A stretch of 64,000 nt of DNA from Callorhinchus milii (lineage: Eukaryota), in the NCBI RefSeq assembly GCF_018977255.1, contig NW_024704742.1:43216001-43280000 (forward strand). The letters run 5' to 3'. Below the pieces are notes generated by a model that did no database searches, was not told the DNA's origin, and was given only the letters and a program-made list of their open reading frames with translations. Below, one piece after another: positions 37,136 through 50,614 of this stretch (the first letter of the stretch is position 1; every line of letters starts with the position of its first letter). Made by a program: the position numbers and the translations under genes.

Positions 37136-37984
37136 TCAACATGCAAATGTCTTGATTCACTTCCACCAAATATATTTTATAGCATTAAGGGCATCAACAC
37201 AAAGTAGATACAAATAAATCCTGAATTCCATTGTAGTAAAAGCTGTTTTAGAATTGATTTTATAGAGGTTGCAATAAAGTAAATCTAAAAGGTAGTGGCT
37301 TTCAGTTACATTGAACCCATAAGGTTTATCTCTAATTACAAAAGCACATTAGTGTCTGTTAAAAGTGGAATGTAAGAAAATACAGAACTTCATATACCTC
37401 TTGCCTTGTAATTTTGTTTTATCGTCAGTTTGATTAGAAAATATATGCAATGGGCAGGATCACATTTATTGTTAGTGGTGCTTCCCAGACACAAGTTTTA
37501 AGAGAAGCTCAGGCTTTATCTTTGCAGCTCCTGCCTACTTCAACACCTATTTGAAGCAGGTCTAACACAAATGAGCACAAAATGAAAATAAGAAAGTTAC
37601 AATACTGTTACAATGGTAATGACGTACATATGATGCTCTGGAGGAGATGGACATTATGTCCCAAGGTCCTGTTCCAACAAGGGACGTCATTTACACAGAT
37701 ATTTTTTCTGACAAATGCTTTTTAAACTATCTTTGTTCTAATGTTGAATAGGTTTCCTTCACTCTTCAACCATGGTCATTTATCGACCTCTACTATGTCT
37801 CTCAATCTACGACATCAGTAACATTAATTTAGAACCTTTCATGCCAGGAGGATGTCGCAAAGCATTTCACACAGCTGGAGGAGGGAGCTGAGAAGTTGGG
37901 TAGAAATTGACCATAAGCAGTCGAAAAGTTAGAGATAGAATGAATAGGTGGGCAATCTAAACAAACAGTCTTGCTGATTCTAAT

Positions 37985-38771
37985 AAAATAAACATCGTTA
38001 CATTTGATATATTGCCTATAATTTTAAAATGTCTCAAAGCTCTTCATAGGAATTTCTGCCAAGTGTAGTGTATTTGTAGGCAATGTGTATTTGTAGTGTA
38101 TTTGTAGGCAATCGCAGCTATTGTTTTGCACACAGCAATATCCCACAAACAATCATGAAGTAAATCATCAATTGATCGGGAGGATCGATGATCAGGATAT
38201 TTGGAGAAACTCTCTTCTCTTTTCAAATGGTGTCATGGGATCTTTGATGTCCTTTGAACGGCAGTTTACAATATCATCTGAAGTATAGCATCTCTGATTT
38301 GTACAAATCGTATAATCTCCTTAAGTTTTACATCTGCCCGAGTCCAGTTGAATTTCCTATAACTTATGCAAGTTTAACATAACTCATACTTTGCATAAGT
38401 CATATTAAATGTAAGGTCCTAATTCATATGACTTATGTGAGGTTTATTGCAGTACAGTATTCTCCCAGATTTGCGCTAGAAATCTGGGAGAACACTGGGC
38501 AGATGTACGACTTAAGGCGATTATACGATTTGTACAGATCAGAGATACTATACTTCAGATGATATTGTAAACTGATGTTCAAAGGACATCAAAGATCCCA
38601 TGCCACCATTTGAAAAGAGAAAGGAGCTTCTCCAAATATTCTGGTATAGTATTCTCCCAGATTTGCACCAGAGTGTCAACTTGGACTGTGAGCTTGAAGT
38701 CTTAATGTGTAGTTTGAACCTGTATCCTTTGACTCAGTGCGAGAGTGCTATTAACTGAGCCAGGCTGACAC
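37985..38771 (-). mobile_element. DeuSINE family B containing a complex inverted duplication
   Basis: Reverse-strand head tgtcagcctggctcagttaatagcactctcgc at ~38740-38771; Deu domain and tail at left; internal fold-back 38193-38643. Confidence 0.88.
38193..38643. repeat. Inverted repeat with 147-bp arms (38193-38339 / 38497-38643) and nested hairpins
   Basis: Manual alignment gives 12 mismatches in 147 bp, no gaps. Confidence 0.95.
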
Positions 38772-39413
38772 ATTTTGTATAATGTCATCCAGTTCTGCTA
38801 ACAGAGTTTAATAGACTCCCATCGGAGGCGGCTAAGCCTATGTTGATCGACTTCTTTAAAAAAACGACTTAATGAATATCAGATTAAGAACATGATTGAA
38901 AGTTATAAGGATAAGTATAGACATAGATGACAAAACACTCAGTAAAATTCAATGGTTTGTATGCTCTGCGACCATGGCAATTCCATCTGTGGAACACAAT
39001 TGCTCAAGGTTGAATAAATTAAAGATTGTAAATTTGGGAGTGATATCATTTAATTCTGACCTTCAGAGGTCAGAGGAAATTTTCAGAGCTTTGTCTTCTT
39101 GAAGGTTTTACTTGGCCTATTCACATCCCTCGGGAGTTTAAATAAGTTGGGTAAAATCCATGATAATACAAATTTTATATAAGATGTGGAATGAATGGGC
39201 TAAGTGGCACAAATGGCCCCTTAGTGTTCCATTCATTTGTTTCTTATATTCTAAATTTCAACCAGTATTTCAAGCTAATAAAATAAAAACAAATCATTCT
39301 CCTCTCATTCGAACTTTGCCAAGTCACAGCTCAATCCCTTTTTCAAACCGTAACAGAACACTTTCTGAGGGACCAACGCCCTGTTTATCCTGCAGAGTTA
39401 GCATTGATTCAAA

Positions 39414-39713
39414 CATAGAATCATAGAATTATACAGCACAGGAGGCCATTCGGCCCATCGTGTCTCTGCCAACTCTTTGAAAACTCCCCCACTCTCTTCT
39501 GATAGCCCTGCAAACTTGTCCTTCCCAAATAATTATCTACTTCTCCCTTAAAAGTTGTTATTGAATCGGCTTCCACCACTCTTTCAGGCATTCCAGATCC
39601 AAACAACTCGCTGTGTAAAGAAATCTCTCCTCACCTTCCCTCTGTTTCTTTCAACAACTATTTTAAATCGGTGTCCTCGGGTTACCAACCCACCCGCCAG
39701 TGGAAATAGTTTC
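39414..39713 (-). mobile_element. CR1 3' end fragment
   Basis: catagaatcatagaattatacagcacaggaggccattcggcccatcg matches 5736-6060. Confidence 0.93.
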
Positions 39714-40429
39714 AATGCAGTTTACTGCTTTAGGGGAAGCAACTCAACGTAGATACAAATAACAGTTGAATCCCATTGTAGCAAAGCTGCTTTAGAAGCA
39801 AAAAACAATAAAATCAGGATTATTGTTTATTTCTAAATATTGCTCTGTAAAACACCTCCAGGGTTGAATAGAAAAGGTGTTTCAGGTGTTTTTGATTCCA
39901 AACAAATTTAAACTTCAATGTTTGGGAAATGCATTGTATTTGACAAACTTGTCAATGATATTTAAGAGTCACTTACACTTCCAGCTCTTTAATAAAAATT
40001 TAAATAAAATTTAATAAAAATTTTAAAAATTGACTTGGGGTTCAACAGTGATTAGTTGAGCTTTTCAATTGCACTTAGTTGCATGTATGCAGTGCTCTCC
40101 AGTTACCAGCAAAGGTGATTTGGAACAGCCAAGTATAAATTAGATTCCTGCTCCAAATTGCTACACTATTTTTAATTGATGTCAACAACAAATTGCATTT
40201 ATATAGCGCCTTTCACATAGGAGCACGTTCAAAGTCACTGGACAATTGAGCGTTTGCACCTGGGTTGGGGGTTGGATTAGGGAGAGATGGTGTCCAAGGG
40301 AGGTGGTGGTGGTAGGGGACAGATGACTGAAGGCTTGTGAAGGGCTCAAAGTCAACTAGCTCAAGCAGCATAAAAGGACCGTTATAATGCTGGAACTCAG
40401 TACAGCACTATGGAAGGGATTTCCTCCAG

Positions 40430-41430
40430 TGGAAAATTAGGCGTGCAGTTAGAATTGGCTGAAGGACAGGAAGTCTTTATTAAGGGAGGTAGATCAAGAT
40501 GTAGGGAGGTATTATGCAGAGTACCTTAAGAGATGGTAATGGGATCCCTCTTGTTTCTTGGATATACTAATAACCAGAATTCACAGACACAATAGGCAGT
40601 TAAATCACTATTAAATTATTCAAGAGTAGGAAACACAACTACTCCATGGATGGGACAGAAATTGCCAAGGGGGAAGCTGAAAGAGATCTAGGGGTGTCAG
40701 TTATTACTCACTATTTCAAAACAGCAAGAGGCAGCAATAAACAAGGCGAACAGGATGTGAGCTATATTACTAAATCTAAGTTTGGGTCCCCAGAAACATA
40801 TTGAAAGCATACAGTGCACTGGTCAGGCTGCACCTAGAGTATTCCATACACTTCTGATCATCTTGACCTCAGGTATCTGGGCAAGCCTTAGAGGTAGTGC
40901 TGAAGAAAGCAACTAGAATGATCAACAGTGTTAGAAGAATGAGCTACACACAATGATTAAATAAGATGAGACTCTTCAGTCTTGAGAAAAGGCATCTCTA
41001 GGGAAATAACAGAGTACATAGGTAGTTTGAGCAATTTGTGCATGCGACCGCCAGGAAGGTGGAAGGCGAACTAGATAGACCTTGGTCTTTTTTCGTCAAG
41101 CATTTCTTATGTTCTTATGTTCTTATTTCAGAGGGGACCTCACAGAGATGTATAACATTTTAAATGGGCTTGAAAGAGTAAACCCAGAACAATACTTTAA
41201 AATGCACCAAGACAGTTTAATGGGAGGACCTAGATTTCAAGTCATATATCATGAAATTTTGCTTTACCCAGAGAGTAATTGAAACAGATTGTCAGGAAAG
41301 GTGGTTCAGGCCAGGACACTGGACTCATTAAAAAATTTGCTGTTGTGAAAGGAGGAGGGTATGGTGGGTTTTCTGGAGGAATGAGATCTGATGGACCGAA
41401 AGATCTTCATCATCCAAACTAATCTTGTGG
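40430..41430 (+). mobile_element. Old CR1 ORF2 remnant with a younger CR1-type tail ((TTCTTATG)n) nested at ~41015-41125
   Basis: RDLGV, AYSALVRLHLEY, LFSLEKRHL and RGDLTEMYNIL motifs. Confidence 0.78.
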
Positions 41431-41892
41431 TCTGTTCTCCTATTTCATCTGCTCTTAGGTGTTTCTTTGTTGTCCTACATTCTTCCTGGATATGAATTAT
41501 ATATAGCTACCCATTTTCTTGACAGTATAAATAATTCTGAGCTGATATTACACTCCATATGCCCCTTCTTTGTCCCAATAAGGACCTTGACCTTCAGTCT
41601 GATATAAATAAATGTAACATGGATCTAAACAGACTTCCTGCTGTTAAATCAGAAGATGCCGAAGATGTACAAATGGGGTTACTTTGATCACATTAACCCA
41701 TAATTGACAAAGTTCTAAGTGGGAGGTGTTGAATCTTTATCATATTCAGTGATTCTCGGATGCTATTATATTTATATCATGACATTTCTAAATGAACTAC
41801 AAAAGTTGTCAGACACTTTTCTGCAATTTAAAAGTGAAAATTAATGTTGCTGCTCACTTGTACAGAAGCAGAGCAGTTGTCAACTGAAGCAC

Positions 41893-42100
41893 TAGAATCA
41901 TAGAATCATAGAATTGTACAGCACAAAAAGAGGCCATTCGGCCCATCGAGTTTGTGCTGGCTCTTTGAATAGAGCAATTAATGTCAATCCCACTTCCCAG
42001 CCCTTTCCCCATAACTCTGCAAACCTGTTCTCCTCAAATACCCATGCACCACATTTTTAAAAGCAGTTATCGAATAGGCCTCGACCATCCTTTCAGGCAT
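41893..42100 (-). mobile_element. CR1 3' end fragment
   Basis: tagaatcatagaatcatagaattgtacagcacaaaaagaggccattcggcccatcgag, near-identical to 5734-5940. Confidence 0.94.
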
Positions 42101-42260
42101 GGAAATAGAGTTGAACAACTACTTTGACCACTGGCTCCTGTCTTCTTGTTGCTTCACCACGCTTCTCCGATACTGATCTAGCAAGAATACAGCAGGCAAC
42201 TTTCGCAAATGTAAGTCTTTCCTTTAGAACTACAATATAATATTTAGTTGAGCTCTTCCN

Positions 42261-42885
42261 TTTTTTGATTATGCAGGTGTCTGACATATCCAAGCCAAAC
42301 TGACAGTTCCGTATATGCACATTTTACCTATGCATGGAAATTTCACCGTTTGCGGAATGGAATACACACTCTCTGCCCAGAGCCTGCAGCCCACTTACAA
42401 CAACAACAACTTGCACTTACATAGCGTCCTTACGCAGGGTGGCATCTCAGAGCTGCCTAATTCCAGAAAGTATTAGGCACAGATTGTCAACAGCCAAGGC
42501 TTGGAGACCTCAAAATGTGCGTTGAGGTATGAATGGAGTTTAACTAGTTAAATCCATACAACTTGCCATTGCAAGCATTATCTGGTAAGCATCACACTGA
42601 TTGTCCAGCATGGTCCAGTCTATCCATTAAGGTTTGGCTTGTATGGTTAGCAGGAGCTGAGTGAGAAGAATTCCTGCCCCTAGTGACTGGACTAACCCTC
42701 CAACTCCTGCCGACAAGCCAGCCTAGTTGTTCTGTAATGAGTAGTGCCTTAGAGTACTGAGGACCTACCTGTATCCAGAACTGGATTACAGAGACCGCCA
42801 CAGAGAATCAACTGAATTCTGTCATTGTGTTGCCAAGCGTGTTAACTTGGAGTCAGCTCAGCTCCAAAGAGACCTTGTTACCTCC
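42261..42885 (-). mobile_element. RTE-X-like family copy, with an L2 tail nested at ~42397-42452
   Basis: Peptide AVSVIQFWIQVGPQYSKALLITEQLGWLVGRSWRVSPVT aligns with VVSGIWFLSHAGPQCSRALLMTAQPAWLIGRTWKSRPVT (ORF 12691); 3' UTR matches 50615-50980 and 55700-56140. Confidence 0.75.
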
Positions 42886-44889
42886 TCCTTAAATGTAATC
42901 CTTTCCTACAGAATTCTAGGAAAGGAAATATACTTATTCAGTCAATACTCAATACTAGATTTTGAAACATACATTACAGTGCCATCGAGCATTAGCAAAG
43001 CTTAAATTCCTCAAATGCAAATTAAGTTATCTGTTATTTAGTATGCATCAAATCAATTTCCACTTCAACATATTTCATCCCATATAAGATGAAGAGGTCC
43101 TGGTTATTATATTTAATGGGAGCATCTTGAGGGTTGAAATGGGGTGCATAAGAAAGAGATGTGGTTGTAAAAGTATTAAATATAGTGTACAAGAATCCTC
43201 TCCAGTTTTTTGTAATTACAGAAATGTAATATTAATGGTATTTGTGCTGAGTAAGAGTGACAATTGCTCAAGGTGTTACAAAATATAGGAAAGGTTGATG
43301 TTATCAGATTAGAGAAGATCTATCTGGATCATTTTAGTGAGTTTTAGCAGATTGTATCATTTGGACATTTTTTAAAAGCTTTTATATTGCTGCCAATGTG
43401 GATATCCAGTCATAGTTAGAGGCATAAGCAGTTTAACAGCTGGGATTGTGACTTTTTGATATTATGAATATCTGAACTTCATTAAATATGTCAGATGATG
43501 GATATCAGGAATCCTGAAAATAAAGGTAGCAGGATGCAATGTTGTTTGCTTTGAGAGAACATTTTATTGGGAATTCACTGTGCTTTCCATTAGTCATTTC
43601 TTGAGTGATCTTCATGTTCACACCTGTTGAGGAGATGTGGGACTTCAGAGTCTTCCTTTCAACAACAACAACATTACATTTATAGAGCTCCTTTCACGTC
43701 AGAAGGACGTCCCAAAGTGTTTCATTCTGAACAATAATGGGAGTGTTTAGTAGCTGTACAGAAAGTAGAAGTATCACTTTCCATTTCAACCTGCCCAACG
43801 TAACATTAAGTGTTGTAACACTGGTATACATCAGACACGCATTCATAAAATCCTGTAGAAGTTACATTTATACATTGTATGATTTGACCAGCTTATAATG
43901 TGTAGTGATGGTTAAATGTGTTTAACATAATTCACGATTACTGCAATACTGCCTTTCATCTTGGAATACTGATGCTTATCTATTATAAGATTGAATTTGT
44001 AATATTTTGCTATTTCAATATCTTATGCCAAACTATATAAATTATTCACTTCATTACAATTCAAAGTGATGCAAGCATTACATGGAAGGATTATTGTTAT
44101 AAAGTGCTGGCACCTCATTTGCCTATAAAATGTGCGGACACCTCATAGTCTCCACAATTTTTATTTGTGTTGCACATTAAGGCAATGCATATATAGCATG
44201 GTACTCACATTTACTATTAATGGACATTATGCTTTGGGATGCTTATATATCTTAAAAGGTAATATCAATTTTCTGAGCAAATATCTTTAGTAAGCATTGA
44301 TGCCACTTTTCATGTGCTTGCCCTAATGGTGTTTTGTTAGGCAACGTGAAGCTTTAAATTAAGTACTGGTCTCCCATTTATTCAAACAAAGAATGAGCTA
44401 TACGCAATGATTAAACAAGGTAAGACTCTTCAGTCTTGAGAAAAGGCATCTTAGAGGGAAAAAATAGACTGCTGCTATACAACAGGTCTTCCTCAACTGA
44501 CTCACAGACCATCTATATCAGATACATCCTCCCTACGTGTTTGAAGGAAAACCACAAAGTAATTCCATTTGCACTTTTAAGTTCTGCTTTATCCCCGCCT
44601 CATGGAGTGCTGGATCGAGAAGGAAACTGACACATGCAAAAATAAAATTCCCAGGAACTGCATTCATAATAATCCTTGCATTTGATATCGCACCTTATCA
44701 TGTCTTCACATGAAAAAAGAACTTCACCCAGGTTGTCTCAGCTGTAGCCCCCTCTGCTTAGACTCAGCCAGCTCTCCCCACCCACCTGCCCCAGATCTAA
44801 ATTTTTCAGGGGTATTTTCAAAAGTCCCAGGTATGTCTTCATGCATTACTACATTCTTCCCAATAAAACCTTTTTGAATTATGCTAATT

Positions 44890-45260
44890 AGAATAATCCT
44901 TGTATTTGATATAGTGCCTGCCTAATGTCTAAACGACTCACGTATAGTGCTTCATAATTGATGTTAATTGTAGTGCCGATAGGCAGATACAATAGTTAAT
45001 TGATGCACAGCAATGTTTTACAAACAAATCGTTGCCCAGGACACTGGGAGCAACTCCCTTCTCTTTTCAAAAAGTTCTATGGGATCTTTAATATCCACCT
45101 AAACAGACAGATGAGTATCAATTTAACGTTTCATCTGCAGGATGGCACCTCTGACAATGCAGGGCTCCTCCAGGACTGTACTGGAGTTTCAGCTTGGACT
45201 GTGTGGGGCTTGAACCTACAATCTTCACAATGAGCTGAAGGTGATAGTACTACCAATTAA
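44890..45260 (-). mobile_element. DeuSINE family B
   Basis: aataatccttgtatttgatatagtgcc tail; gggatctttaatatccacctaaacag Deu domain. Confidence 0.82.
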
Positions 45261-45359
45261 CTGCTTAACATAAATTAACATTGGTATCCTGCAGTGGATC
45301 TTTTCCTCCCATTGTCAGAATCACACATTATACAATATAATATCTAAAATACATTACAA

Positions 45360-45671
45360 ATAATAATAATAATCCTTGCATTTGATATAGCGCTTTTCAC
45401 ATCTTCTAGACGTCTCAGAGCGCTTCAGGAATATACTGTAAAGTGAATTGACCATATATTTGTGGGCGAAATGTGGCAACCAATTGCGCACAGCAGTGTC
45501 CCACAAACAGTTGTGGATTGAAAACGACCAATTTATTGTTGTTTTGTTTTGGAGGGATTATTATTAGGCGTGTGGAGTAAGGAAACTTGCCCAAGGTTTC
45601 ACCCTGTCTTGAATTGAACCCAGGTGTCTCGCTTGCAAGGCGAGTGCTCTAACCACTGAGCTACAGGAATC
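45360..45671 (-). mobile_element. SINE family A, short form
   Basis: Reverse complement of head (gagtgctctaaccactgagctacagg) and (AAT)n tail. Confidence 0.94.
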
Positions 45672-45844
45672 TACATTTATGGAATGCCTTTCATGTTGGC
45701 AGGATGCCCCAAATTGTTGGACAGTCTACAGTTTGCACCTGAGCTGGGGTGGGGGCCGAGAGGAAGATGATGGGTGGGGGGAAAGATGGTCAAAAACACA
45801 GTGAAAGAGGAAGTTTTGAGGCCAACTCAAGTAAGTCATGGAAG

Positions 45845-47108
45845 GGACAAGTCGAAGGGACTCCAGGATGGTGTTCCTGGACCTCTCCGCCGTGTTCGAC
45901 ACAGACAATCACGCCATCCTCCTCCACCGCCTTTCCTCCGTCATCCACCTCAGTGGGACCACACTCACCTGGTTTGAGCCCTACCTCACAAACTGCTAAC
46001 AGTACATCTGCATAAACGGCTTCTCCTCCCACTCTCACCCGGTCACCTGCGGGGTACCCGAAGGATCCATCCTTGGCCCCTTTCTCTTTCTGATCTACAT
46101 GCTCCCTCTCGGGGATGTCATCCGCAGACATAGGGTACACTTCCACATGTATGCAGATGACACCCAATTCTACTTTTCCACCTCTCTTTGCAACCCCCCC
46201 CCAGTCCCCTGATCTTCTGTCAGCCTGCCTGTCAGATCTCAGGGGCTGGATGAGCACAAACTTCCTTCAGCTGAACGTTAACAAGACGGAAGCCATACTC
46301 TTTGGCTCTGATCAACGTCTAAATTCTCATGGTTCTCACCTCCTCCACCTACCCGACCTCCCCCTACAACTCTCCGAACTCGTACGCAACCTAGGCTTCA
46401 GGTTCGACCCCCAATTATCCTTCCTCCCCCACATCCGGTCCCTCATCAGCACTGCCTTCTTCCACCTCCGACATATTGCCTGTCTCTGCAAATATCTCAC
46501 CTCAAAAGCCGCTGAAACTCTGGTCCATGCCTTTGTCACCTCTCGGCTGGACTATTCAAACGCCCTCCTCGCTGGTCTCCCATCCACTACCATCCATAAA
46601 ATCCAATTCATTCAGAACTCTGCCACCCACATTCTCACCCGTACTAAACTCCGCTCCCCGATCACCCCAGGCCTTGCCAGATTGCACTGGCTCCCTATCC
46701 CAGAGAGAATTAATTTCAAGATCCTCACCCTCGTATTCAAGTCCCTGCACTTCTCTGCACCTCCCTACCTCTCTGACCTCCTCTCTCCTTAGCACAGTAC
46801 CCATTGCCTTCATTCCTCCAGGTATGGCCTCCTCCTTGTCCCCCAAGTCCTCTGCTCCACCCTCAGCAGCCGTGCCTTAAGCCACTACACCCCGAGGCTC
46901 TGGAACTGTCTTCCTCACTCCTTTCATCTTGTTCCCTCCCTTCCCATTTTCAGGTCTCTGCTGAAGACCTTTCTTTTCGACCACGCCTTTGGTCACCTTC
47001 CCACCCCTCCCCCTGGCTCGGTCCCGGGATCCTAAACTGTAAAGCACTCTGAGACGCCGTCCGGCATGGAGGGCGCTATATAAATCCAAATTGTTATTGT
47101 TGTTGTTG
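45845..47108 (+). mobile_element. 5'-truncated L2 LINE (ORF2 RT and C-terminus)
   Basis: GVPEGSILGP and FHMYADDTQ; ORF 46115-46792 NFLQLNVNKTE..VRNLG..LVHAFVTSRLDYSNALLAGLP..LHWLPI; tail gggcgctatataaatccaaa(ttg)n. Confidence 0.97.
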
Positions 47109-47519
47109 GAATAGGGTCTCAGGTGCCTAAGGGAAAAGGTACTATGGAGGTGGGCTTTGTTAAGGAGGTGGGGGAAAGCTGAGCAAGTCAGGGCATGAAT
47201 GTGGGTTTTAAAACATAGTTGAGAGTCGAACAAAACACCAAGGTTCCAAACAAGCTTCGCAATGTGTGCATTCAAGTAGTTTGATTGACTTTGATACCAA
47301 CATTTGTCCATGCTATTGACCTGTCTGTTGTAGTTGTGATAATTGAACTAACAAACTTTATTTTTCTTATTAAGTAAAGAATTTTCAAAGCATGAGTCAC
47401 TGAGTGTCTTTGGTTCCTCTGTTCTCGGGTCCTTAATTAAAGGAAAGCTATCAAGAATAAGCTGGTTTTATTCTGTCCATTGCCCTGAACCCAATATTTG
47501 GTGCTGTCAGCCCCTGTGG

Positions 47520-47770
47520 TGAGAAGGTGCTAACAGGAGCCAAGCAGGAGAGCCTCTGACTTGTCGACATTCAACTGAAGAAAGTTAGCTCTCACCTAGG
47601 ACTTGATGTTTGACAGGAAATCAGAACAACTGTGGTCCTGGAATCAAGGATGGAGACTGAGAGATATAGTTGGGTGTCATCTGCATACATGTGCAGGTCA
47701 CATGTGTGATGAAATCACTGAGCGGAAGCATGTAGATATGAAAAAGAAGAGGACCAAGAATAGACTGCTG
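47520..47770 (-). mobile_element. L2 RT fragment
   Basis: ttgggtgtcatctgcatacatgtg is the reverse complement of HMYADDTQ. Confidence 0.8.
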
Positions 47771-50614
47771 AGGATAGAGCCCTTCTACCAATATAATAAT
47801 TCCACTTTTCCTCTATTGAGTTCCAATTTCATTAAGAATCCAAAATAGATCCCTTAATCATAGATGCTGTCATCTCACATTTTACTTATAGCTGTATTAA
47901 TACTTCTAAATCTGCTTTCATCTGTTCTTCATTTCCTTTACAACAAAATTATTTGCCATATTGTCACCAATCATTCCTCACTTAATTGCTTTGTAAATGT
48001 TAGTTTATACTGGATCATGGAAATTCACTGCAAATTACCAAATTAATTACCAAACATAAAACAGATAAAAACATTATCTGTTGGATCTGAGGTAAGGTTG
48101 CTGAGACCATCTCTAGAAGATGGTATCATAAAATTGCACCTTTGCAATGTAAAAGTAGGTGGTGCAAATTGACTCAGGCTCTACTGATATTATTTTACAC
48201 TGCACATTTTCAGAGGATTTACAGTAAATTTATCTCAGCATCTCAGAGCACTTAACAGTGATACTGAGCCAAGGAGAGAAGGGGGGGGGGGGGAACTGTA
48301 GGTAGGGCCCTTTATCAAATGCAAGAATTATTATTATCATAAATATGATGAACATAATTGTTCAATGATAAAATCACTATTAAACAATTATATTGAGCCT
48401 AATACACCAAGTTGGGAAATAAGATAACAGAAGCTCATGCCTGTTGAATCTTAGGGTGAATGCACAGAACAAAATAGCAACCATTTGTTTTGCTTCTTCC
48501 TCTCTCTCTTTCGCTCATCCCTCTCTTCTGTATTTCTCTTCCATGTACTCTCAACCCAGAATGAACCGTTATATTTGTGTTTATAGCTCTTCTGAATTTA
48601 ACTAGGAATCCTTTGACGGTGCTTGGATTATTATAACCTGTAATATTCATGCACGGTGGTGCAAAGCACATGTTTCAGAAGCTTAGTGACCTTTTTTAGT
48701 TTTCAGCAGTGGGACCCTATCATTTTTTCTACATTACAGTTTTATTATTTTGTAGACCCCTGTGGGTTATTTATAAACCCTGTAAGAAGTACAGCTTTCA
48801 AAGTGTCACACCGTAAAATTGATTTTATTTGTGTGTGTGAAGAAAGAAGAAAGTGAAACTGTTCTGAATTCTGGGCAGCATCAGTCAGTGGAAGAGGTGC
48901 ACAAGCATGATTTTACCTGCAGCATGAACTGATTCCAGGCACAGGGAAATGTAAATGCTGGCATCATCCTCATCTGAACTCAATGCAATCTGACTGTGTA
49001 ACTGATTGCCAGAAGGATGATCCTAGCATTTGTATTTCTCTGAGCCTCCAATAAGTTCAAGCGCTGGGCAAGATTCAATTACCAACCAGATGCACGCACA
49101 TTAAATTCTATTGCATGCAAAAGAATGGCAAGAGATTAACATGAATCTCCTGCTTCAACCCCTCTGTATTGTACGGATGAGAGGAGAGAGGGATTTTACT
49201 GTAAAGTACAATTGGAGTAAGTCCACTCAACAGTTCATATTTGAACAAGTTGCAGATTTGAATTTCAAACTTACTTCTGAAATGCCAAATTTGAGAGACA
49301 ACTCACAGATTTTCCCAAAGTGGAGTGAATGTGCCCAGACTCATTTCTTGACCCCAAACACTCTAACTATAGAATGTGGTCCATTAATCTGCACTTTGGA
49401 CAGTGTAATATTTACAGTGAGGGGTTTAACCCTCAATAGGTGAAAAGTGCTGTTTGCTCTGGATTTGAATGTGTAGGTGAAAGAGCAACTCTCTAACCCA
49501 GTGTGCTTCACATTCTGCCACTCTAAAAACATTTCTAACTAAGGTTGAGTGTTCCTTAAACTCTGAATCATTAAAAATGCCATTATCATCAGATCCTGCA
49601 GCTACAAAGGGCCTGTGTCCCCTCTGCTGAAAAAGGACGTTACTGTGAGTATTGCTTGTAAATATTTATAGCTTTTCCCTACAATGCTATTCTATTTTTA
49701 ATATTGGATTAGTATTAAATTATAAAAAAAATGATAAAGTGCTGTTCCTAATGACGAGATAAAATGCCAGAGGCTGGTACCGGATTTTTAGCTTTATGTT
49801 AGCTTTAATCATTTTGGATATTTTATAAATAATTGCACCTGCGGCACAAGGAAATGTCACCATTATAGTGAGGATGTGCCAATTTAAAATTGGGTTTAAT
49901 GTACCGAGAATGATTTTGTATAAGTTTTAATTTTTTTAGCTATCATTTTTGTTGGTCATGGGTCCTGAGATTATCTTTTGAGTTAAGAAATCATGGTTGC
50001 TACAATCACAGAAATATTAATTTCATTGAACAATATGATTCACTACTGCAGTGCATCGCACCGTTAAGAATTTTTGTTAAAAGGTAATCAGGATACTGCA
50101 GGGATTGTTCCCGGACTTGCTGGTATTGTGGCCGGTCAATTTACCTCCATCTTAGGTGGAAGAAACTAGGCTGGGTTCAGCACTGCAATACACAATGGAT
50201 AACATCATGGGGTTCAAACTTGCTGTTCAGCTGATATTTATTATATTGAACGGAGCAGAGCCAAACCTCACCCAAAGCCATTCTCAGTGGTGAAATGAAC
50301 AAATAAGGTCCTGTGTGTTAAACTTCCAATGAATAAACAAAAGAACTCAAAAAAGAGCCAAAAGAATTGTTGAAGGAATCTACAATTCAAAAATCCGAAG
50401 CTGGGGACCAGGCTTCCTCTACCTCTACTTCATCATTGACAACAGTATTGGAGAGAAGACGGCCTGCCTCGGCAACAACAACAGAAACAACAACAACTTG
50501 CATTTATACTGCACTCCTCGCGCAGGGTAACGTCCCAGAATGACCATTCAATGCAATAAATATCACATGAAATTCAAACTTAATCTTTCTCCCCCATTTC
50601 TTATAATGAATTTT

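Noticed and set aside
42260..42260. Single N base
   Set aside because: Assembly ambiguity next to a T-run; adjacency across it should be treated cautiously, but it is not a feature.
46115..46792. 225-aa ORF as a host or domesticated gene
   Set aside because: Part of a 5'-truncated L2 ORF2 with a frameshift after the YADD motif, a premature stop and an intact L2 tail.
48490..48580. Long polypyrimidine tract ending in CAG (acceptor-like)
   Set aside because: No good downstream donor or open frame; may be a decayed CT-rich repeat.
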